Assembly: GCA_040753215.1 (NCBI GenBank)
Contig: JBFMEZ010000007.1
Location: forward strand, 1 to 23,084
Direction of reading: 5' to 3'
Length of the DNA stretch: 23,084 nt
Source of the DNA: Candidatus Micrarchaeota archaeon
GTDB lineage: Archaea > Micrarchaeota > Micrarchaeia > Anstonellales > Bilamarchaeaceae
The position numbers and the translations under genes were made by a program. Positions 1-8,971 of the stretch are shown here, one piece after another. Below the pieces are notes generated by a model that did no database searches, was not told the origin of the DNA, and saw only the letters and a program-made list of their open reading frames with translations. Every line of letters begins with the position of its first letter. Position 1 is the first letter of the stretch.

Positions 1-75
1 GCATGGGGATCAACTTCAAAATCCATATGCACGTCGTTAATTTATCTACTTTTCAGGAAACGCAAAACTCAAGAC

Positions 76-2289
76 ATGTATGATTCCCAGGACGTGGTGG
101 TGAACAACAACAACTTCACGGGCAACAACAACAACGGGGTGTACCTGAGCACTACGGACTTCGACAACGTAACCGCCAACAATTTCCAGTCCCAGGGCAA
201 CAACGGCATTTATGCAACTTCTTCAGGCGACCTTTACATCCGGGGCAATATGATAAATGACAGCGGAGACAGCGGCGTCTACTTCGACACGGTGACGGAC
301 AGCCAGATAATCGGCAATGAGATACCAAATTCCGGGACCAACGGGGTGTACGTAACTTCTTCGAGCACGATAGATGTGGACACCAACATCCTTGACGGCA
401 GCTACTACGGCCTCTATTGCACCGGGTCGCCTTCCGTAACCATAGTTGACAACCAGTTATCCAGCAATTATTACGGGATTTATGCATCCAACTGTGATTT
501 CGGCACAATAGACCCCAACGACATATACGGGAATTACTACGGAGTCTACCTTAACGGCGTGGATTATACGACCCTGGAAGCGAACACGATACACGACAAT
601 ACCGCAAACGGGGTTTATGTGAACGGCGGCTCGTACGTAGATATGGTAGATAACCAGGTATACGATAACTGCCTTGACTACTACGCTTGCGGCTACTACG
701 GCTACTATGGAAGCGTTTATTACTCCAGCACCACCGATTCTCTGCTTGACGGAAACCGGATATACAACACTGGCGGTTACAGTTACACATCTGGCGTGCA
801 GTTTTCTTCTACTGCGAGGATGACCATAAACGATGAGATATACAACCATTTCTACGGCGTTTTTGTATATCCCGGCGTAGCCACGGATACGCTGGTTAAC
901 AACAGCGACATATATAACAACGTTTATGGAGTCTATGCATCTTCAAACGCCAACACATGGATTGCGAACAGCCGCATATACCAGAATGGCTTTCCCGGTT
1001 ATGGCAGCGGAGTATATTTCGCAGCTGAGACAAACCCTGACATTAATGATACAGAAATATACAATAACGGCATGGGGGTTTATTTTGGTGTCTTCTCCAC
1101 TGGCGCGGAGATGTACGATGTGGTCATACGCGACAACCCTGCGGGCGCATACGGGCTTAATGTAGTCGGCGGTTCGGATGTGTATGCGGATAACCTTGCC
1201 ATTTATGGAATGGAGGATTCATACCTCGCTGTCGATGTCGGCGACCTGCTTGTTGCCGACAACTTCTGGCTCGGCTATGATGACGAGTTTGGCATTGCGT
1301 ATAATACAATCACTATAACCGGCACGGACACCGATGCGGGAGACTGGAATATGCTCATAGAGCGCAGCTTCATTTCAATGAATTCCACGGATACGGACGT
1401 GGCCGAGCTTAGCGTCCCGGCGAACCTCACGATAAGGCCGAAGGACGGGTGCTCTGACATAAGATACTATAATGATTCAGCAGACCTCCCATCCAGCAGG
1501 GATGAGATAATAGCCGACGGCGACACATTCACCCCTGCGTACTCCGCATGCAACAATAACATCGCGACCTTTGAAGTCCCATCCTTCACAGGGTATGCGG
1601 CAAGGGGGCAGGAAGCGGCAGGCCTTGGTGAAATGAGCATCACCGTAACAGGAGACAAGATTGTTGGAGAGGAGCTCGTAATAACGGTGAAGGACGGTGC
1701 CACTCCACTGAGCAACGCAAATGTAAAAGTATCCTACTGGGTGAGCGGCACGCTGAACGTGATTGGCTTGGGCAATACGAACTCCAGCGGGCAGGTGAGC
1801 TTCACCCCATCGGTTGCGGGCTCCCACAAGGCAGCCGCAACAAAGAGCGGCTACTTTGACGAGGATGTGATGTTTACTGTAGGCTCCGGAGCGCCGCCGC
1901 AGAACATCACGATGCTGCCCCAGCAGCAGCCCTCCGCACCCGAATGCACGGTGGATGCGGACTGCCTGGGAGGAGAGGTCTGCCAGAACAGCAACTGCGT
2001 GGCACCGCCGCCTCCGCCCGAGGAGCAGCCCCCTGCAGAGCAGCCCTCCGCACCCGAATGCACGGTGGATGCGGACTGCGCTTCCGGCTTCGTATGCCAG
2101 GGCGGTGCGTGCGTGACCGCGCCTCCGCCTGAAGAGCAGCCGCCCGCAGCACCGGAAGAGGTGGAGGTTCCGGGAGAAGGGCAGCCCGAGGAGCAGCCGC
2201 CGCAGGGCGGGCTCCCGTGGTGGGCGCTTGGAGGCATAATAGTCCTCGGAGGGGCGGGAATCTGGTGGTTCCTGCTGAGGAAGCCATGA
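76..2289 (+). CDS. Cell-surface parallel beta-helix (NosD/PbH1-like) protein with Ig-like domain, two Cys-rich repeats, Pro-rich linker and C-terminal TM anchor; probably 5'-truncated
   Basis: Many 'N.I..N..GVY' beta-helix repeats. Two ECTVDADC..G.VCQ...CV modules. C-terminal LPWWALGGIIVLGGAGIWWFLLRKP. No signal peptide, and the frame is open to position 1. Confidence 0.8.
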   Translation: MYDSQDVVVNNNNFTGNNNNGVYLSTTDFDNVTANNFQSQGNNGIYATSSGDLYIRGNMINDSGDSGVYFDTVTDSQIIGNEIPNSGTNGVYVTSSSTIDVDTNILDGSYYGLYCTGSPSVTIVDNQLSSNYYGIYASNCDFGTIDPNDIYGNYYGVYLNGVDYTTLEANTIHDNTANGVYVNGGSYVDMVDNQVYDNCLDYYACGYYGYYGSVYYSSTTDSLLDGNRIYNTGGYSYTSGVQFSSTARMTINDEIYNHFYGVFVYPGVATDTLVNNSDIYNNVYGVYASSNANTWIANSRIYQNGFPGYGSGVYFAAETNPDINDTEIYNNGMGVYFGVFSTGAEMYDVVIRDNPAGAYGLNVVGGSDVYADNLAIYGMEDSYLAVDVGDLLVADNFWLGYDDEFGIAYNTITITGTDTDAGDWNMLIERSFISMNSTDTDVAELSVPANLTIRPKDGCSDIRYYNDSADLPSSRDEIIADGDTFTPAYSACNNNIATFEVPSFTGYAARGQEAAGLGEMSITVTGDKIVGEELVITVKDGATPLSNANVKVSYWVSGTLNVIGLGNTNSSGQVSFTPSVAGSHKAAATKSGYFDEDVMFTVGSGAPPQNITMLPQQQPSAPECTVDADCLGGEVCQNSNCVAPPPPPEEQPPAEQPSAPECTVDADCASGFVCQGGACVTAPPPEEQPPAAPEEVEVPGEGQPEEQPPQGGLPWWALGGIIVLGGAGIWWFLLRKP
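1925..2079 (+). repeat. 41-bp perfect direct repeat (1925-1965 and 2039-2079) encoding QPSAPECTVDADC
   Basis: agcagccctccgcacccgaatgcacggtggatgcggactgc occurs twice, 114 bp apart. Confidence 0.9.
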
Positions 2290-2299
2290 GGTGGTTATG

Positions 2300-2767
2300 A
2301 TGGACAAATATACAATATTGCTCGGGGTTCTGCTGCTGTCCGGCCTTTCGTCTGCGAATGGGTTTGACGACCCGCGCCTTGGGCAGATGTACAGGGACAT
2401 GGATTGCAGGATACAGTATACAAATGAGCTTCTTGGCTATGCAGAGGGTTATTTGTGCTCGTATTCCTACTACTACTGCTACGACTACTACGACTGGGAT
2501 ACATACTATCTGCTGCAGGGCTGCATAGACGACCTGGATAATGAGGACTACCTCCTCTACAACTATGCGAGGGCCACTGATTATGCCGGCTTCAACTCCG
2601 AGGCGTCCATCACGAGGGGCTTCATACGCACCTGCAGCCGCTCGTACAGGGGCGCTGCAAGGGAGGCGCTGCAGAACGGATGGACAAGCGTAAGGACGGT
2701 GTCTTCCGACCGGAGCAATGCCTGGAACAACTACCGTAACTGCCTCGGGATAGGCGGCCCGGGTTAA
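2300..2767 (+). CDS. Secreted hypothetical protein with Tyr/Cys-rich segment
   Basis: GAGGTG SD at 2288-2293 before ATGs at 2297/2300. Signal peptide MDKYTILLGVLLLSGLSSA. Six Cys residues. Confidence 0.7.
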   Translation: MDKYTILLGVLLLSGLSSANGFDDPRLGQMYRDMDCRIQYTNELLGYAEGYLCSYSYYYCYDYYDWDTYYLLQGCIDDLDNEDYLLYNYARATDYAGFNSEASITRGFIRTCSRSYRGAAREALQNGWTSVRTVSSDRSNAWNNYRNCLGIGGPG

Positions 2768-2812
2768 GGCCGCTGCACCTCATTTCTTAAATTTTTCAGG
2801 TGATATCCTACG

Positions 2813-4018
2813 GTGAGTCTTAATCCGGGAGAACTCAAGCTCGACCTCTACTGCAGGGGGATGCGCCTGCACAAAAGCTGCAGCGCGGACGACGACGGGA
2901 GGGGGCTCCTGCGCACCCGCGGGGGGTTGGGGAGCGGCCTCGAGGTAATGCTTCCGGGCGGTTTATACACAAATATCCCGGTTGAGGAGGATTTTGCGAA
3001 GAAATCCCCTTACGTATTGCACAAGGAAAACGGAAATTATGTTATAAGGCGGAACGGAAAGGAAGTGAGCGAAGTGAAGATTCTCCCCCGCCCAAAATTC
3101 TACGACAAGAAAACCTCTTCTGGAAAGCCCATGCACCGCATAGGGGTTTTGCAGGGCACCTACCTCGGAATCTATCCCACGGAGGTGTGCGGCTTCTGGA
3201 AGCTGAAGCCAAAAATGAACTGCAAATTCTGCTCGGTAGGGCTCAACCTCGGCGATACGGAAGAAAAGGAGAAGAGCGTGCAGGAGGTGGTGGAGGCGGC
3301 AATCGCGGCAAGGGACGAGTGCGGAGTAACATTTGTGCATTTCAATTCCGGCTTCTCCCCGGAGGGAAAGGAGCTGGAGAAGCTTGAGCCGTACATAAAG
3401 GCGATAAAGGAGAGAACCGGCCTTCTTGTGGGCGTGCAGGCAATCCCCTCCGCGGATTTGAAGAAATACGACCGCCTCAGGGAGCTGGGGGTGGACCACG
3501 TCTCCTTCTGCATAGAATTGTTCAACCCGGAGGAATTCTCAAAAACCTGCCCCGGGAAGGCAAAGTACCTCGGGCAGGAGAGGTTCCTGCGCGCAATAGA
3601 ATATTGCGCAAAATTATTTGGAAAAGGGAAGGTTGCGGGAGAGATAATCGCGGGGCTGGAAAGCCCGGAGAGCACAATCCGCGCAATTGAGCATTTTGCA
3701 AAGATGGGCGCCGTGACCACGGTGTGCGTCTTCCGCCCCTGCACTGGCACGGATTACGCAAATCTCCGGCCGCCGGAATATGAAGAGATGCTCCCAATAT
3801 TCCGCAGATTATACACCGCCTGCCTGGATTACGGGATTCCATTCGGGATAGCCCCGAACATAAAGGTCAGCATAGTGATGCTTCCGGAAGAGTGCGCCTA
3901 TCTTGTGCCCAATCTCAGCCTTCGGCAGAGGGTGCAGCTCGCAAAGCTGGAACTGATGAAAACCGCATTCCAGGCCTATTTCCGCACGCACCTGTTCCTC
4001 AAATCAGGTAGGAAATAG
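2813..4018 (+). CDS. Radical SAM protein with CX10CX2C motif (MSMEG_0568/NitD-like)
   Basis: CGFWKLKPKMNCKFC at 3188-3232. N-terminal RTRGGLGSG. TIM-barrel motifs CIELFN..F...CPGK, IIAGLE, VFRP..GT. Confidence 0.8.
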   Translation: MSLNPGELKLDLYCRGMRLHKSCSADDDGRGLLRTRGGLGSGLEVMLPGGLYTNIPVEEDFAKKSPYVLHKENGNYVIRRNGKEVSEVKILPRPKFYDKKTSSGKPMHRIGVLQGTYLGIYPTEVCGFWKLKPKMNCKFCSVGLNLGDTEEKEKSVQEVVEAAIAARDECGVTFVHFNSGFSPEGKELEKLEPYIKAIKERTGLLVGVQAIPSADLKKYDRLRELGVDHVSFCIELFNPEEFSKTCPGKAKYLGQERFLRAIEYCAKLFGKGKVAGEIIAGLESPESTIRAIEHFAKMGAVTTVCVFRPCTGTDYANLRPPEYEEMLPIFRRLYTACLDYGIPFGIAPNIKVSIVMLPEECAYLVPNLSLRQRVQLAKLELMKTAFQAYFRTHLFLKSGRK

Positions 4019-4874
4019 CGAACCCGATATACCCGAAGGCCATAATCAGGTACATGTGTATCCAGGAAGGATGGTTCGCCTCGAGCGCAAGTTTTTTCGG
4101 CTCCTTCACAATGAGATAAGCCGCATATGCCCCCCATAGCGAAAGGAAGGTGAGAAATATCGCCGCCGGGGGAAGCAGCCCAGCATACACCCCCGCAGGA
4201 ACCAGGAGGAAGGGCAATGCGAGGAAAGGCGCGATTATATTTGCCGCCCTTTCCACCCCGTAGATTATGGGAAGGGTGCGCGCCCCGTATTTTGAATCCC
4301 CTGGAATGTCCGCAAAATCCTTTGTGCTTGCAGCCCCCAGAAGGAATAATCCGAATATGGAACCTATGAACCACGGGACCGGAGAAAAGGGAGAAGCAGC
4401 AACGGACCATCCCGCAACCGTGAGAAGAAGCCCGCGGGAAACCGCGATAGTCCCGTTCGCAACCCATCCGTGGTTCTTGAGCCGCACCGGATGCCACGAA
4501 TAAAGGATGGTAAGGAATGCCGCAAAGGCCGCAAGGATGAAGAAATACGCATTCACAAAAGCCGCAAGCGCAAGAGAAAGTATATACGTGCCTGCGGCAG
4601 CCCGTTCCGCCTCCCCCAGCTTTACCCTCCCGGAGGGGAGCGGCCTCGCAGGCTTGTTTATCCTGTCCACCTCCACGTCGCATGCCTGGTTGAAGATATT
4701 CGAAGCCCCGTTGAGGAGGGCCGCGCTGAAGGAAGCAATAAGCAGCGGCAGAAACACTCCTTCTGCGCGAATGCCCGCCACTGCGGCTGCAATAAGCCCG
4801 CTGCTGAACACCCCTGCAAACGGCGCGAGGAGCGTAAATGGGCGCAACAATTCAATATAACCCGGGAGCCTCAC
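3999..4874 (-). CDS. UbiA-family integral membrane prenyltransferase (DGGGP synthase-like)
   Basis: L.RP.T N-terminus, NQACDVEVDRINKPARPLPSG and KDFADIPGD...GARTLP Asp-rich motifs, multiple TM helices, GTG start. Confidence 0.9.
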   Translation of the reverse strand: MRLPGYIELLRPFTLLAPFAGVFSSGLIAAAVAGIRAEGVFLPLLIASFSAALLNGASNIFNQACDVEVDRINKPARPLPSGRVKLGEAERAAAGTYILSLALAAFVNAYFFILAAFAAFLTILYSWHPVRLKNHGWVANGTIAVSRGLLLTVAGWSVAASPFSPVPWFIGSIFGLFLLGAASTKDFADIPGDSKYGARTLPIIYGVERAANIIAPFLALPFLLVPAGVYAGLLPPAAIFLTFLSLWGAYAAYLIVKEPKKLALEANHPSWIHMYLIMAFGYIGFAISYLI

Positions 4875-4895
4875 GGATGGATTGGAAAGAGAGCA

Positions 4896-4905
4896 AATTT
4901 AAACA
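4896..4905. promoter_or_regulatory. Palindromic TTTAAA TATA box between divergent ubiA-like and phosphodiesterase genes
   Basis: TTTAAA at 4898-4903 lies about 23 nt from both start codons (4874 and 4926), typical of leaderless archaeal transcripts. Confidence 0.5.
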
Positions 4906-4925
4906 TTGCCCTCCTAATTTTCCCG

Positions 4926-7900
4926 ATGAAAAGGCCTATTCTTAGCTATGCGGTTGGAGCGCTAGTATTGCTTATAGTCGCCTACTTTGCCTACAATGCA
5001 ATCGCAAATTACTATCCCCCCGCTGAAAAGAGCATCATAATACTTGGATTCGACGGCATGGATGCGGACCTTGCGGAGAAATGGATGGACGAGGGCAGGC
5101 TTCCCAATCTCGCGCGGCTCCGCGCACAGGGAACCTACTCCCGCCTGCAGACCACCACCCCCGCAGACACCCCCGTTGCCTGGACCACCGTAGCCACGGG
5201 GCTTAACCCCGGAAAGCACAATGTTTTCGATTTCCTTGACCGGGACCCTGAAACATACATGCCCCGCATGGCCCTAATCAAGAGGGAAGAGGTGGAAGGC
5301 CAGAAGCCGAGAGTGTACAATATGAAGGACGGGATTCCCATCTGGAAAACAATCAGCGATGAGGGCGGATGGAGCACAATAATCAATTTCCCGGTCACCT
5401 TCCCTGCGGAGGATTTCAGGGGAAAGATGATTTCCGGGCTCGGGACTCCGGATTTGCGCGGCACATGGGGCACGTTTACAGTATATGAGGAAGACCTATC
5501 CGGCGGGGAGGAAACGGAGATGGGCGGGAACATAGTCCCGGTTTCTTTTGAGGGGGACGAGGCGCAAACCCTCCTCTACGGCCCGAAAGAGTACCGCACC
5601 AACATGAGCATACGCCGGGATGGGAATTCCATATTGCTTTCTTTCGGAGGCAAGGAATACGAAATGCGGGAGGGCGAATGGAGCGGATGGGCGGACATCC
5701 AGTTTGAGGTGAATCCGCTCATAAAAATAAAGGGAATAAGCCGGTTCTACCTCATGAAAGCAAACCCGCTTTCCCTTTACCTCATGCCGGTTAGCATGGA
5801 CCCCCGCGACCCGTTCTTCCGCATCTCCACCCCCGAGGGCTATTCGAATGAGATTGCGCAGGAATCAGGGCTCTACAAAACAGTGGGCTGGGCGGACGAC
5901 ACGTGGGCGCTGAACGACGGTGCAACCACCGAGGCAATCTTCCTCCAGGACGCATACCGCACCCTTGAATTCAAGGAGAAGCTGGTGCTGGAAGAGATTG
6001 AAAAGAAGCCGGGCCTCCTCATCGTCGATTTTTACCAGACGGACACAATACAGCACACGTTCTACAGGTATATGGACGAGCAGAACCCCGCCTACCCCTC
6101 AATTCCGGAGGAGGAACGCGCCCGCTACAGGGATGAAATCCTCCGCATCTACCAGCGCATGGACGAGATGGTTGGGAAGGTGATGGAGAAGGCGGATGAG
6201 GATACGACCGTAATAGTGATGAGCGACCACGGCTTCAATCCCTTCCGGAAGGCGGTGAACCTGAACACATGGCTCGTGGAGAATGGCTACATGAAAAAGA
6301 AGCCGGGCGCGAATACGCAGTATTACCAGCTAAATAATTTATTCGGGGAAAGGGGGCTCTTCTGGAACGATGTCCTTCTCAACGAATCCAGGGCGTATTC
6401 GATGGGCCTAGGAAATATTTATATAAACCTGAAGGGAAGGGAGGCGCAGGGAATTGTTGAACCGGAAGACTACGAAGCGGTAAGGGATGAGATAATAAGC
6501 AGGCTGAGGAACCTCCGCGACCCGCAGACAGGGCAGAAGGTAATCGCGAAGGTGCAGAAGCGGGAGGAACTCTACTCCGGCCCCTACGTGAACAATTCCG
6601 CAGACCTCATAATCTCTTTCAACCCCGGCTACCGCGTCTCCTGGCAGACGACGCTTGGGGGGGTGCCTCCGGAAGTGGTGGAACCGAACCTGAAGAAATG
6701 GTCCGGCGACCATTCCACTCTTGACCCGGCCCAGACTGAAGGAGTATTCTTCGTAAACCGCGTTATTGAGCTTGACAGGGAACCAACCCTCCAGGACATA
6801 AACCCCACCATCCGCGACCTCCTCAACCTTCCTCAGAATGATTCGCTGGACGGGCATTCCCTCCTCCGCCCGTGGGTGGAGGAGGAGCAGCCGGCGGAAG
6901 CAGGCCCGCAAGCCAGCATCCCGGACCTCACAGGCTACAACGTCCTATTCATAACCCTTGACGCGACAAGGGCGGATTACATCTCCGCATACAATGAGAA
7001 CTCCCTTGCAAACACCACGAACATAGATGAACTTGCATCCAGGAGCTTCCTCTTTGAAAATGCATTCACCGGCTTCACCTTCACCTGCCCCTCCCATACG
7101 ATAATGATGACTGGGAGGTATTTCGGCGGGACGGGGATAATGACCGGCAGGGGTGACGGAATCGCGAACATCCCTGAGGCGTTCGGTTCCTCCGACTACG
7201 CCACCGGTGCAAGCGTCGGATTCGGCGGCCTCAGCACGAATGCATGCGCAACCGGCTCCATGTTTTCGGATTACGACACCGGCGCGATAAACGAGAAGCT
7301 GGGCGTGAGGGGTGGCCTTTCCGCGAATTACACAATAAACTGGATAAAAAACCACGGCGGCTCGAAATTCTTCTTCTGGCTGCACCTTTATGATGCCCAT
7401 CCCCCCGGCATAGGCGCAGGCGGCACCCAGGAGAACAATTACGCGAGGAGCATAGAGTATGTGGATTCGCAGGTCGGGCGGGTGCTGGATGCGCTGCGGG
7501 AGGAGGGGCTTGAAAGGAAGACCGTAGTTGTGCTTCTTGCCGACCACGGGATGAACGGCCAGTTCAACAACATACCCGAGAACAGGAAGCTGTACGATGG
7601 GGCGACGCACGTACCTCTTATGATTTACATCCCTGGCGCAAGCCCGGAAGGCCAGAGAGTTTCCAGCCTCGCCGGCACCGTGGACCTCGCCCCAACCCTT
7701 GGGGGGCTGCTCGGCGTCCCCTACAACGAAACCCACGGGGTGAGCCTCGTGGAAGCGATGGGGAATCCTGGCAGGAAGGCGAGGGAGGAGGTGTTCGCCA
7801 GTTATGCATTCGGGGGGCTTTCGCAGGACATGGCGCGCACCGAAGAGTGGAAGTATATACTTTCGCAGCCTATGGGAAAAGGGAATGCAAGCACGGAGCT

Positions 7901-8186
7901 GTTCAATCTTCCCGAAGACCCCGGAGAGGAGAGCGACCTTTCTGCATCCGAACCCGGGGTGCTGGAGTGGCTGAATTCTCTCCTTGAGTCATATCTCGGG
8001 CTTAAATCCGCATCCGGCTTCCCGGGCGTTTTCCCTCCAGCCCCCGGGAATGCCCCTGCGCCGCAGCAGAACTGGACGGCGCCCCAGCCCTCGCCACCGC
8101 AATGGTACGGCTACTGGAACAATACGCAGCATCCTCTGGACAACCAGACGCTGGACGATTTGCGCGCCTTCGGCTACATAAACTAG
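4926..8186 (+). CDS. Membrane-anchored alkaline-phosphatase-superfamily protein: NPP/phosphodiesterase domain fused to a sulfatase-like domain (1086 aa)
   Basis: N-terminal TM after MKRP. Domain 1: LGFDGMD, TPVAW...ATGLNPGKH, SDHGF, SGDH. Domain 2: FITLDATRADY, TCPSH..MMTGRY, WLHLYDAH, ADHG, HVPLMI, DLAPT, ELFNL..DPGE, LRAFGYI. Confidence 0.85.
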   Translation: MKRPILSYAVGALVLLIVAYFAYNAIANYYPPAEKSIIILGFDGMDADLAEKWMDEGRLPNLARLRAQGTYSRLQTTTPADTPVAWTTVATGLNPGKHNVFDFLDRDPETYMPRMALIKREEVEGQKPRVYNMKDGIPIWKTISDEGGWSTIINFPVTFPAEDFRGKMISGLGTPDLRGTWGTFTVYEEDLSGGEETEMGGNIVPVSFEGDEAQTLLYGPKEYRTNMSIRRDGNSILLSFGGKEYEMREGEWSGWADIQFEVNPLIKIKGISRFYLMKANPLSLYLMPVSMDPRDPFFRISTPEGYSNEIAQESGLYKTVGWADDTWALNDGATTEAIFLQDAYRTLEFKEKLVLEEIEKKPGLLIVDFYQTDTIQHTFYRYMDEQNPAYPSIPEEERARYRDEILRIYQRMDEMVGKVMEKADEDTTVIVMSDHGFNPFRKAVNLNTWLVENGYMKKKPGANTQYYQLNNLFGERGLFWNDVLLNESRAYSMGLGNIYINLKGREAQGIVEPEDYEAVRDEIISRLRNLRDPQTGQKVIAKVQKREELYSGPYVNNSADLIISFNPGYRVSWQTTLGGVPPEVVEPNLKKWSGDHSTLDPAQTEGVFFVNRVIELDREPTLQDINPTIRDLLNLPQNDSLDGHSLLRPWVEEEQPAEAGPQASIPDLTGYNVLFITLDATRADYISAYNENSLANTTNIDELASRSFLFENAFTGFTFTCPSHTIMMTGRYFGGTGIMTGRGDGIANIPEAFGSSDYATGASVGFGGLSTNACATGSMFSDYDTGAINEKLGVRGGLSANYTINWIKNHGGSKFFFWLHLYDAHPPGIGAGGTQENNYARSIEYVDSQVGRVLDALREEGLERKTVVVLLADHGMNGQFNNIPENRKLYDGATHVPLMIYIPGASPEGQRVSSLAGTVDLAPTLGGLLGVPYNETHGVSLVEAMGNPGRKAREEVFASYAFGGLSQDMARTEEWKYILSQPMGKGNASTELFNLPEDPGEESDLSASEPGVLEWLNSLLESYLGLKSASGFPGVFPPAPGNAPAPQQNWTAPQPSPPQWYGYWNNTQHPLDNQTLDDLRAFGYIN

Positions 8187-8827
8187 TGCTCTTTCCACGC
8201 GGGCATCTTCCTGAGATGCTCCTTCGCCTTTATCTCCGCCTCGTGCGGAGCTGCGCCCTGTGAAATGAGGTAGTTCTTCATCCCTTCCGCAACCTGCTCA
8301 AAGGGCTTCACATTCCCGCTTTCATCGGCGCAATTTTTGCAATACGGGTTTTTGGGGTTTCCAAGCGCGTGGTCTTCCGGCTTGGGAATAGGCATCCCGC
8401 AGGAGAGGCATTTCGCCGCCTCCTCATTCGGCTTCGTGAAGGAAATCAGGTGCCCGTCCGGGTCCGCGACCATGAAATCCCTCGCTCCCCACGCGCGGTC
8501 CGAAAGCTCTTTCACGATCGCAACCCCCCTTCCCTTAAGCTCTCCATAGTACGCGTCTATATCCTCGTACCTCGGGAATTCCACGTAATGCACCACGCCC
8601 ACGCCCGGCTCGGATTCTTTCGGAAGCCTGAAATTCTCGACCAGCCCGTCCCTCATGGAGGAAAGGGGCTGAAACATAAAAACCGCCCCGAACCTGCTGA
8701 AATCCGCATATTTCGCATTTTCCCTGTCCGGAAGGAACCTTCCAGCGGCAAACCCGAGGATATTCTCATAGAAATCGATAGTCTTTTTCATATCCTTTAC
8801 CCCAAGCATAGCAGAAATCCCGGCCAT
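8183..8827 (-). CDS. VOC/glyoxalase-family protein fused to a C-terminal zinc ribbon
   Basis: V.DM.K..DFY..ILGF and WGARDF.V.DPDGH.ISF motifs, followed by CLSCGMP...YCKNC...MPAWK. SD-like GGGGGTG upstream. Confidence 0.85.
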   Translation of the reverse strand: MAGISAMLGVKDMKKTIDFYENILGFAAGRFLPDRENAKYADFSRFGAVFMFQPLSSMRDGLVENFRLPKESEPGVGVVHYVEFPRYEDIDAYYGELKGRGVAIVKELSDRAWGARDFMVADPDGHLISFTKPNEEAAKCLSCGMPIPKPEDHALGNPKNPYCKNCADESGNVKPFEQVAEGMKNYLISQGAAPHEAEIKAKEHLRKMPAWKEH

Positions 8828-8971
8828 ATTTACACCCCCTTCCGCATTACTGCACTCAAATTATTAATGTTTCCCTTTCACGAAAAACGCGGGGAGGGGG
8901 ACCCTCCCCCCATTTTCCACGCTCCTTTCTGACCCCCTCCATTTTTAAATATGAGATTATCAGAAAAACTC

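Noticed and set aside
1..75. First 75 nt as coding continuation of the beta-helix gene
   Set aside because: The frame is open, but the translation (AWGSTSKSICTSLIYLLFRKRK) and composition do not match the repeats. It may be a contig-end artefact, so the true start is unresolved.
670..2510. Diversity-generating retroelement variable regions in the TAC/GAC-rich loops
   Set aside because: No reverse transcriptase and no adenine-only-mismatch template repeat in the window.
4470..4925. N-terminal extension of the 1238-aa ORF
   Set aside because: It overlaps the UbiA gene on the opposite strand. The signal anchor and TATA spacing point to the ATG at 4926.
8891..8909. GGGGAGGG/CCCTCCCC inverted repeat between divergent genes
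   Set aside because: Short, low-complexity, single instance; no function can be supported.
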